This document shows, in pieces, positions 1-8,495 of a DNA stretch of 10,712 bases; position 1 is the first letter of the stretch, and every line of letters starts with the position of its first letter. Source of the DNA: Octopus sinensis (taxonomy: Eukaryota). Position numbers and translations under genes: made by a program. The notes beneath the pieces were generated by a model that was not told where the DNA came from, did not search any database, and saw only the letters and a list, made by a program, of their open reading frames with translations. The DNA lies in assembly GCF_006345805.1 (NCBI RefSeq), contig NW_021827313.1, positions 1 through 10,712 of the forward strand, in the 5' to 3' direction.

Positions 1-1265
1 ATGTTAGTAATACTATTTAATAGTAATATGAAAGACCGGAAAAAACTCCACATTGGATAGCAAATGGTATTACTTACCTCCTCCCCAAAAATAACGAAAC
101 CAAAGACCAAAAAACTACCGGCCTATGACATGTTTGTCTACTACCTAATAGATTTCGACATCTATTCTAGTGGAGAAAACATATACGTTTATGGAAGAGA
201 ATAACTTCTTCCCCACTGAACAAAAAGGATGCAGACGAGGCTCATACGGATGCAAAGATCAGCTCCTAATTAATTGCATAATCCTTGAGAATTGCCATAA
301 CAAGCGCAGAAATCTCAGCTCTTCAGGGATTGATTATAAAAAAGCCTTTGACAACATGCCACAATCGTGGATTCTGAAATCGCTGGACATTTTCAGAATT
401 TCTCCTGTGGCTTCAGATTTTTTAGGGTATATGTCACTATGGAACACGAAGCTCCAAGTATATCATTCTAATGGAGTATTGCGCTCAAACAATATTAGCA
501 TAAACTGTGGCATTTTCCAAGGTGACTCACTTTCACCACTAATTTTCTACATTGCACTAATACCTCTCTCAAGTGAACTGAATAGAACAGGGTATGGCTA
601 CAAAAATGACAACAGGAAAATAAGCCATCTATTTTATATGGATGATGTATAACTATGTGGCAAAGATGATGAAAAGCTTGAAGGATTACTACATACAGTG
701 AAAGGATTCAGTGATGATATCGGGATGGAGTTTGGCCTTGAAAAGTGTGCCAAAGCCACTTTTAAGAAAGGGAAATTGGTAATCAAGTTCAATCGAATGA
801 GATGTCTAAACAGTAATAAAGGAACTTGAGCAGGAACAAACCTATAAATACCTAGGAATAAATGAAGGCTCTGGTATCCAGCATGCAAGCATGAAAGAGA
901 AGGTTAGGAAGGAATGTTATAGAAGAGTTCGAGCAGTCCTGAAGTCTGAGATGAATGCATATAATAAGGTGTTAGCCATAAATTCCTTAGCAGTCCCAGT
1001 TGTCCTTTATAACTTCAATGTGCTTAACTGGAATACCAGTGAAATGGAAATTGATAGAAATATCCGCAAGCTACTGACTTGTAATAAGATGCACCATCCA
1101 AAGGCACCATCCAAAGGCTTGATTCAGCTTGAACTTACGTACAAAACCACCACAATCGAACTGGCCAAATACCTTGAAACAACCAACGATTGGATGTTAA
1201 AACTTGTTGAAAAACATGAAAGACCGAAAAAACTCCACTCTATTCTGAAAGAGAGCAAAAGATTC
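1..1265 (+). mobile_element. Decayed R4/Dong-clade non-LTR retrotransposon ORF (RT domain plus thumb region), running off the window at the 5' side
   Basis: Joined translation gives PHWIANGITYLLPK (48-89), NYRPMTCLSTT** (113-151), EQKGCRRGSYGCKDQL, IDYKKAFD, GIFQGDSLSPL, HLFYMDDV* (stop at 650-652), DIGMEFGLEKCAK, YKYLGI, KECYRRVRAVLKSE, AINSLAVPV and MHHPKA..GLIQLE. These are typical R4/Dong RT motifs. There are frameshifts at about 110 and about 790-820 and three in-frame stops. Homology fades after LHSILKESKRF. Confidence 0.9.
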
Positions 1266-1653
1266 GTTAATGATCTCTTAGATACCTACCAGATTGATCA
1301 GGTTGAAGGAATCGATGCTGTGGTCATGGAGTGTTACTACCTGAGTAACCTCGTAGACGAAAATGGTGTTCATTTTAGGGGATACCGATAACGTATGTAT
1401 GATTAATGGAGAGAAAGAGGATTGTTTCAATTCACGGAGCAGAGATTATGTTATCAAGCTAGAGCTTGAATCGTTGGTTCACTGAAGTAGAGCTCGAAGC
1501 TACCAAAAGACGGGTATTAGAAAACAGCCTGTAATTGCCTACCGTATTATGCTTTTCTCTAATATACTTTGTAATTAACACACCGAAAATAATTAGTGTA
1601 CGAGCTTTACAAATAGTTCTTGTCACAAGAAATGAATGACAGCATATATTGAA

Positions 1654-1894
1654 GGCGGTGAGCTGGCAGAATCGTTAGCACGCCGGGCAAAATACATAGC
1701 CGTATTTCGTCTGCCGTTACGTTCTGAGTTCAAATTCCGTCGAAGGTCGACTTTGCCTGTCCATTTCTTTCGGGATCGATAAATTATTACCAGGTATACG
1801 CACTGGGGTCTATGTAATCGACTTAATCCGTTTGTCCGTCCTTGTTTGTCCCCCTCTGTGTTTAGCCCCTTGTGGGTAGTAAAGAAATAGGTAT
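1654..1894 (+). mobile_element. tRNA-derived SINE, family A (head GGCGGTGAGCTGGCAGAATCGTTAGC)
   Basis: Pol III box A TGGCAGAATCGTT (1664-1676) and box B GAGTTCAAATTCC (1726-1738). Head and body are homologous to the copies at 5750-5950 and 6505-6722. Confidence 0.85.
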
Positions 1895-2385
1895 ATCGTC
1901 TATCTTTACGTTCTTTTTTTTTACGGGGATGTACCTGCATAGCAAATGACCTGATATGAGATCATGTGCTGGAACGAAAACAATTGCAGCATGGAAGGCG
2001 TTTATAAGCTATTTAAAAACACAGAAAAAACCGTTAGATTCACTTGAACATTTAAATTGAATTTGCCAAGATATTTTCGTTGCTTTGAGACCGCGACAAA
2101 ATCCCGTGCAGGTATTTTTTGCTCTTTTTAACAGTAATCAGAATTATTTCTATGAGTTAATTCCCTTGCATTTGTTAGGAGTTATTCCCCTTAGACATTT
2201 TTTTTTGTAAATTACATGAGTTATCTTTCTTGATTTCTTGAAATTTAAAATTTATATCTTGCTTTTACTGCTTTATTTTTACATTTCATTTTAATTTCTT
2301 CTTGTAAAATATTCCGTATCTGATGGCATAACAGACGGACGGGAATATGCGATGCACCCCGGTTTCAACAGTGCATAGTCAAGAA

Positions 2386-2786
2386 GGTAAGTAGCTTGCT
2401 TACCAACCACACGGTTCCGGGTTCAGTCCCACTGCGTGGCATCTTGGGCAAGTGTCTTCTTCTATAGCCCCGGGCCGACCAATGCCTTGTGAGTGGATTT
2501 GGTAGACGGAAACTGAAAGAAGCCTGTCGTATATATGTATATATATATATGTATATGTATGTATGTGTATATGTTTGTGTGTCTGTGTTTGTCCCCCTAG
2601 CATTGCTTGACAACCGATGCTGGTGCGTTTATGTTCCCGTCACTAAGCGGTTCGACAAAAGCGAACGATAGAATAAGTACTGGGCTTACAAAGAACAAGT
2701 CCTGGGGTCGATTTGCTCGATTAAAGGCGGTGCTCCAGCATGGCCGCAGTCAAATGACTGAAACAAGTAAAAGAGAGAAAAAAAAA
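2386..2786 (+). mobile_element. tRNA-derived SINE, family B, slightly 5'-truncated, with an internal (TA)n/(TG)n tract
   Basis: tRNA-like head GGTAAGTAGCTTGC...GGGTTCAGTCCC, then the central CTTGGGCAAGTGTCTT motif and an internal microsatellite at about 2530-2585. The 3' module GGCGGTGCTCCAGCATGGCCGCAG recurs at about 8998-9023. The tail is A-rich. Confidence 0.85.
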
Positions 2787-2925
2787 GGTAAACGTCAGAG
2801 ATAAAAATTAACTCAAGGGAGGCTAAGCTACGCATATAGGACCCAGAAGGATTTTTTGCGACATTTTTTGATAAAAGGTATGTCCTAGATATCAGAAAGT
2901 ATGGTTTATACGTTACAGAGTAGGT

Positions 2926-3240
2926 ACATAACTTGGTGGTTAGCGCATTTGGCTCACGATCGCAAGGTTGTGAGATAGGTTCCCTGCAAAACGTTGTGTC
3001 CTTGATCAAGACACTTTATTTCACGTTGTTCCGGTTCATCCAGCTAGCCAAAATGAGTACTACCTGTATTTCAAAGGGCCAGCCTTATCACATTCTGTTC
3101 CACGCTTAACGTCGCCCAGAAATACGTTAAGGGTTCTCGTGCTTGGGCAATGCTCAGTCACTTGCACGTTAATTTCACGAGCAAGTCGTTCAGTTGATCA
3201 AATCTACTAGAATTCTCGTCGTCGTAACCGACGGGGAACC
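2926..3240 (+). mobile_element. tRNA-derived SINE, family C (degenerate head, TTGTGTCCTTGATCAAGACACTT core)
   Basis: Degenerate box A (GGTGGTTAG). The 3' ~170 bp (3064-3231) aligns with 6312-6480. Confidence 0.7.
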
Positions 3241-3374
3241 AGGCCATACATTGTATGGATCTTCCCCGTTACAGCCGTTCTACCGAAAAAATAAAAATTT
3301 TAAACGAAAATAACATATTTAAAATGTGCAAAGCATATTGGCTAAATTTTATGTCGTTTATTTGCTGGTCAGCC

Positions 3375-3542
3375 CAAATGAAGCCCGTCACTAGGAAGGG
3401 GTGCTGAAAAGGTCATAGCTTCAATGGTGTCGTGAAAGGCCTGGTTGGAGGCCCAACTTTGTAAGTCCTTTTACAGGGCTTAGAACAGCTGAAGGACCGC
3501 TACAATAAGTGTGTGAATCTGAGAGGGAAATATGTAGAGAAA
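3375..3542 (+). mobile_element. Tc1/mariner transposase C-terminal remnant
   Basis: KAWLEAQLCKSF, then a frameshift, then LQGLEQLKDRYNKCVNLRGKYVEK (3471-3542). This resembles the mariner C-terminal consensus WL..Q..SFY..GI..L..RW.KC....G.YVE. No TIR was recognised. Confidence 0.6.
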
Positions 3543-3809
3543 TTTGTCTTTAGGGTGGTTATGTGTAGAGTTAGAGGAATTCAGCTTCTGTGTGTAGCGG
3601 CTTCATCAACTTTCAAAATAAAACTATACGTTGTTATCTTTCCTCTCCCCAAAACAGAAGAAGGTCCAAGTCGATGAGGCTGCTTCTGTCTTGTCACACG
3701 ACCTGCTACAAATAGCAGTGAGATCTCCCTGGAATCAAATCCATTTGTCTTTAAATAAAAAGTAAGGGATAGGTAAAGAACACGCTGCCTAAACCGTCCT
3801 GCGCACAAC

Positions 3810-4272
3810 CAGAACAAATCGGCTCTTGGTGAAGCAAGTCCATTTTGGTAAGCGACGACTTCTGTAAGTCCAGTGAAAGTACACTGAGTCTAGTTCGTAC
3901 CAGATCTCCTTGTAGATTGAAACTGGGAAGAGGTCATGATTAGGGTAGTCAATCTCACAGAAATTGGCTGAAAGCCCGGACAGAAATAGCGAATACATAC
4001 ATCGTTTCGGTGGTAAACTCCTGCCTGCCCCTCATAAGTTGTTTCAAGAAAACTGAGCAGATTGAAGCGCTTTCGTTCTCAATTCTTACAGAAGGTCAGG
4101 TTCTGCTGGTCATAAAATCCATCTGCTGTCAGCACACATTCTGTGGTCCGCTCGGGATGCTATCATTGATGATGCATCTCCAAAAGCTAAGGTTGGCGCA
4201 TCTACAGAAATATCAATCTCGTAAAACACTGCAAAGGTGCCAACGACGTCAACGAAATCAGGAGCAACCTTG
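3810..4272 (+). mobile_element. Tx1-like (L1 clade) LINE ORF2 fragment, post-YADD/thumb region, degenerate
   Basis: Across frames: QIGSW*SKS, SPVKVH*V*FVPDLLVD*NWEEVMIRVVNLT, LKARTEIANTYIVSVVNSCLPLISC, LVIKSICCQHTFCGPLGM...LRLAHL. These resemble Tx1-type motifs (GPVKLLGVWFGPDL, LKGRAEVANVYI, RRSICCQHP..GGLGMP, LRLRHL). The fragment is cut off by the RTE tail. Confidence 0.72.
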
Positions 4273-5059
4273 TGTACTTAGTTGTACTTGTACTTGTGGA
4301 GACATTCACCCTGGGCGAGTTGAGTCGGCTTCTTCTACCACCCTCGAGGCATCTCGAACCATGGCAGCCCACGCACGACGGTCCTGCGCCAGTTCGCTGG
4401 AGATAGCGAGCCAGTCACGGTTCCATCGGCGCAGGCCGATGTTGCCATTGTATTCGCCATTGAGAGTTCATGGAAGAAGTTTCGTGGGAATATGTGGGTT
4501 TCACAAGCGGTCCCGAACAGTCCCGCATATAGAGACATCCTGTTTGCCGCAGATTGTCCGCAGACGCAGGGACAGAACGACCGAGGAGCCGCCGGTTGCC
4601 GAAACAGACACTCCGAGGATTTTCACCAGAGCCGGGTTGTGGCCCTGGGTTGCCCTACCAGGAACCGAAGTTCCCAACGGCATAGCTCTGACACTAACCG
4701 TTGCTAGCGTCCCCACCACGGTGAGGAGGGGATGGACTTTGGGGGCGCTTGTGTGGGCATCTTTCATGCGATACGTCTTTTGGCAGCTCACCTCCTTGAC
4801 CGAGATGCAGTCATGGGTCAAACATAGATCAAGATTTAGGTGTTTGGCATCTAGAATGTTGCCAGGTGCTCACTGCATTGTACCCAAAGGAGAAAACCGC
4901 TAGCGGGAGACCAACTCAAGATAGGGGGTTAGTTGAGGACATGAGCAACGACGGCCTAAGATTGATTCTGGGCATCGACGTGGACAGTCTGAGTGGTATC
5001 TTCCGGAGGGCTTCCTGGTCGAAGACCATGAGCAATTTCCAAAGGCCATTCGGATGGCA

Positions 5060-5147
5060 GTCCTTACGTTCTGAGTTCAAATTCCGCGGAGGTTGACTTT
5101 ATCATCTTTCATCTTTTAAAAAATACCAGTCGAGTATTGGGGTCAAG
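5060..5147 (+). mobile_element. 88-bp internal fragment of SINE family A, near-identical to 5809-5893
   Basis: Aligns to 5809-5893 with 2 substitutions and one 3-bp indel. It has no box A and no tail. Confidence 0.9.
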
Positions 5148-5183
5148 ATCTGTTCGAGACAAGATCTGTTCGAGACAAGATCT
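5144..5183. repeat. 16-bp tandem repeat CAAGATCTGTTCGAGA x2.5
   Basis: Exact units at 5144-5159 and 5160-5175, partial unit at 5176-5183. Confidence 0.95.
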
Positions 5184-5196
5184 TCAGTCATAGATG

Positions 5197-5363
5197 TGCC
5201 GAACTTGCCCAAGACGCATCCAGGGGCATGAAACTGTCCTAGTTCAGTGTCCGTGCATTAGAGAGTTGTGAGCTTGTGCCGAGCAACTCCTGTCTCGAAT
5301 AAAACGAATCTAGCTTTCTACCAAGTGTAGAGTGTCCAGCATCGATTTGTTTGTTTCATCACA
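5197..5363 (+). mobile_element. Solo LTR (167 bp) with 5-bp TSD AGATG
   Basis: TG at 5197-5198 and CA at 5362-5363, AGATG at 5192-5196 and 5364-5368, and AATAAA at 5298-5303, 60 nt before the end. An alternative parse is TGTG...CACA (5195-5363) with a 3-bp AGA duplication. Confidence 0.72.
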
Positions 5364-5410
5364 AGATGTATAATCGACCAGAGAATAGGGAGATTCCAAC
5401 TACTTCCTTT

Positions 5411-5455
5411 CATCATCATCGTCATTGTCATCATCATCATCATCATCACCATCAC

Positions 5456-5487
<32 letters not shown>

Positions 5488-5614
5488 CCATCATCGTTGT
5501 CGTCGTCGTCATCGTCGTCGTCGTCGTCGTCGTCATCATCATCATCACCATCACCACCACCACCACCACCACCACCACACCACCACCACCACTACCACCA
5601 CCACCATCACCACC

Positions 5615-5666
<52 letters not shown>

Positions 5667-5747
5667 CCACCACCACCACCACTACCACCAGCACCACCAC
5701 CAGCACCACCACCATCATCATCATCATCATCATCATCATTATTATTA
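5411..5747. repeat. Compound trinucleotide microsatellite (CAT/CGT/CAC/TAT)
   Basis: Directly visible. It is the source of the poly-H, -T, -S and -D ORFs in the track. Confidence 0.97.
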
Positions 5748-5749
5748 AA

Positions 5750-6066
<317 letters not shown>

Positions 6067-6110
6067 CTGTGAGAACGGAGAGTCTGTATGGACGTCAAGG
6101 CGTCGGGAGA

Positions 6111-6495
6111 GGAGCAATGGCCCAGTGGTTAGGGCAGCGGACTCGCGGTCGTAGGATCGCGGTTTCGATTCCCAGACCGGGCGTTGTGAGTGTTTATTGA
6201 GCGAAAACACCTAAAAAGCTCCACGACGCTCCGGCAGGGGATGGTGGTGATCCCTGCTGTACTCTTTCCCCACACAACTTTCTCTCACTCTTACTTCCTG
6301 TTTTGTTTGTACTGTATTTCAAAGGGCCGGCCTTGTCGCTCTCTGTGTCACGCTGAATATCCCCGAGAACTACGTTAAGGGTGCACGTGTCTGTGGAGTA
6401 CTCAGCCACTTACACGTTAATTTCACGAGCAGGCTGTTCCGTTGATTCGGATCAACCAGAACCCTCGTCGTCGTAACCGATGGAGTGCTTCCACA
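6111..6495 (+). mobile_element. tRNA-derived SINE, family D (shares its 3' module with family C)
   Basis: Box A TGGCCCAGTGG (6118-6128) and box B GGTTTCGATTCC (6161-6172). The 3' module 6312-6480 is homologous to 3064-3231. Confidence 0.82.
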
Positions 6496-6504
6496 CCACT
6501 AAGG

Positions 6505-6722
6505 CGTCGGAAAAAATGCTCTGCAGTACTTGTTCCGGATTTTTATGTTCTGAGTTCGAATGCTCTCGAGGTCAAGACTGTCTTTCATCTTTTTTCGTCT
6601 TTTTTTTTTATTGACCTCCGAGGTCAATGAACCAGTGATCTACCAGTCATGCACTGGGGACCGATGGTATCGACTAATACACCTTTCTTCAAAATTGCTG
6701 GCCTTGTGCTTGAAACCAGAAA
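6505..6722 (+). mobile_element. Degenerate, 5'-truncated SINE family A copy
   Basis: AAAATGCT...TTATGTTCTGAGTTCGAAT...TACCAGT...CACTGGGG..GAT...ATCGACT...CAAAATTGCTGGCCTTGTG is colinear with the other family A copies. Confidence 0.7.
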
Positions 6723-6843
6723 CTTTCTTTGTTGTTATTGTTGTTGGTGTTGTTTTTGTTTGTATCTTTTTTTTGTTGTTATTTTCATCACATTATTTGT
6801 TGTTGTTGATGTTTTTGTTGTTGTTGTCGTTGTTGTTGTTGTT
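6723..6843. repeat. Degenerate (TTG)n low-complexity tract
   Basis: Directly visible, immediately 3' of the SINE. Confidence 0.85.
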
Positions 6844-6929
6844 AAGACAGACGTTCATTAATTTTTCAAACAAATAACTGACATTTTATAGACCTCTCAC
6901 CGCCACCCTCGATCAATGATGAGGGTTAG

Positions 6930-7085
6930 GGGTCGGGGTGGTGGAGCTGACAATGGTGGCAATAGTGCTGGTAATGGTGGAGGTGGTGGCAGATGGATTT
7001 GATCTAAGTGCCGGTAGAGATGTTGCTGATGGTGATGGTGATGATTAGGGTGATGGTGACGATCATGACGATGGTAATGATGACT
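6930..7085. repeat. Degenerate (GGT)/(GAT)n low-complexity tract
   Basis: Directly visible. Confidence 0.75.
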
Positions 7086-7109
7086 GTAGACTGCATGTTG
7101 TTCGGTGAG

Positions 7110-7194
7110 ACAGAGAATGAAAGAGAAAACTTGAAAGAGACCGAGAGAGAGAGAGAAAGAGATAGAGAGAAAATGGGTGGTGGAATTAGAGGGG

Positions 7195-7229
<35 letters not shown>

Positions 7230-7363
7230 CAAGAGAGAGAGAAGGAGGTCAAAAGGATCGATGACCTTTCATTGAAATTATCGGCAACAGTGAAGATTGT
7301 CGAGAGGTTATTGACCTTTCTACAATGTTATAGAGAAACGTGAACGAGAGAGAATCAGAGAGG

Positions 7364-7412
<49 letters not shown>

Positions 7413-7490
7413 GGAGAGAGAGAAAGAGAGAGCGAGGGAGAGCGAAACAGCGAGAGTGAGTCAGAAAGAGAGCCAGCGAGAACGAGAGGG

Positions 7491-7528
<38 letters not shown>

Positions 7529-7580
7529 AGAAGATGAGAGAGAGAGAGAAGAAAAAGAGTGTGAGAGTGAGTGAGAGAGT

Positions 7581-7611
<31 letters not shown>

Positions 7612-7975
7612 AAGGTGGAGGAAGAAGCAGAGAATACAAATTTGAAAGAAAGAAAGAGATAAGAGAAGGAAGGAATAAACGATTAAATTATAGAAAATTT
7701 GAGGGGAAGAAAGAAAAACAAAGAGAGAAAGCAAGAAACAAAATACTGAAAAAAAAAAGAAGGAAGAAGAAAAGGAAATCAATGAAAAAACTTTAAAACA
7801 AATATGAAAATTACGTAAATATTTAAAAATTAAAAGTTTAAAAAAAAAGTGAAAAAAATAGTAACAAAACAATTTCAAAATGAATAGAAAAACAATCAAA
7901 AAGAAAGAGTGAAAGAAATTAGAAAAAAAAATTAAAGAAAGAAAGAAAAAAAGAAGAAAATACAGGATATCAGGA
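7110..7975. repeat. (GA)n purine-rich microsatellites (about 7110-7245 and 7345-7620) grading into A-rich low complexity, with a ~100-bp unique island at 7246-7345
   Basis: Directly visible strand-asymmetric purine tract. Confidence 0.93.
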
Positions 7976-7980
7976 ATATA

Positions 7981-8046
7981 CATGTACCTACCTACCTACC
8001 TACCTACCTACATATACATGCATACATACGTACATACATACATACA

Positions 8047-8082
<36 letters not shown>

Positions 8083-8264
8083 TATATGTCTGTGTGTGTG
8101 TGTGTATGTATATATATATATATGAAGAACAAACGAGAGAAAAAGAAAGAAAGAAAATAAGGAAAGACGGATAGACAGTACACACATACAAAACAACACG
8201 CACACATAGATACGTATATACACATATACGTATACACACACAGACATATATATATATATATATT

Positions 8265-8296
<32 letters not shown>

Positions 8297-8382
8297 CGCA
8301 TACATATATATATATATATACTCATATAAAGAATCTTGTACATATACACACACAGACATATATATTGTATACGTATATATGT

Positions 8383-8416
<34 letters not shown>

Positions 8417-8495
8417 ATATATACTCATATAAAGAATCTTGCAAACCAAATCCCAAAACGAAATATATATATATATATATACATACATACATACG
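7981..8495. repeat. Compound (TACC)/(TACA)/(TA)/(TG)/(CA) microsatellite block with an internal ~105-110-bp duplication
   Basis: CTCATATAAAGAATCTTG at 8321-8338 and 8424-8441. TATACACACACAGACATATATAT begins at 8231 and at 8343. Confidence 0.92.

Larger units (their letters stand above)
4274..5410 (-). mobile_element. Internally deleted (bipartite) RTE-clade LINE: 5' UTR-like region, putative ORF2 start, ORF2 C-terminus and (CAAGTA)n tail. The 5' limit is uncertain.
   Basis: Minus-strand IGLRRWNRDWLAISSELAQDRRAWAAMVRDASRVVEEADSTRPG* (4440-4306) contains the RTE-type AQDR..W motif. A short tandem tail CAAGTACAAGTACAACTAAGTAC follows (4297-4274). There is no endonuclease or RT coding sequence between the ATG at 4538 and this C-terminus. 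The upstream GC-rich structured segment (GAGCTATG...CCTGGTAGGGCAACCCAG) resembles RTE 5' leaders as I recall them. Assigning 4830-5410 to the same element is inference. Confidence 0.72.

Noticed and set aside
1266-1391. C-terminal part of the 891-1391 ORF as R4 protein
   Set aside because: R4 similarity ends at about 1265, no CCHC zinc finger or restriction-like endonuclease motifs follow, and the rest is read-through into unrelated DNA.
1935-2110. Segment that feels like a known octopus interspersed repeat (likewise 9075-9170)
   Set aside because: There is no in-window evidence (second copy, termini or coding motif), and a database search would be needed.
4420-4500. VWA-like peptide QADVAIVFAIESSW on the + strand
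   Set aside because: It is short, has no splice signals or further domain motifs, and is antisense to the RTE C-terminus.
4010-4903. 297-aa ORF as a host gene
   Set aside because: It is chimeric. The first ~85 codons are the Tx1 fragment and the rest is antisense read-through of the GC-rich RTE derivative.
4930-5000. HDV-like ribozyme in the RTE leader (minus-strand CUG-UCCACGU-CGA resembling P3/L3, ACUAA resembling J4/2)
   Set aside because: P3 is imperfect, there is no GG for P1.1 after the expected P1 strand, and no complementary P1 5' strand was found upstream. At best it is a decayed remnant. It needs an RNArobo/Infernal search on the family consensus.
5144-5183. CRISPR-like repeat array
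   Set aside because: The units are directly adjacent with no spacers, there are only 2.5 copies, and the context is eukaryotic with no cas genes.
6111-6180. tRNA gene
   Set aside because: It has A and B boxes but no complete acceptor stem, and it continues into a SINE body shared with another copy.
6921-6946. G-quadruplex / telomere-like GGGTTAGGGG
   Set aside because: Only three runs of three or more G and a single TTAGGG, lying at the edge of a GGT low-complexity tract.
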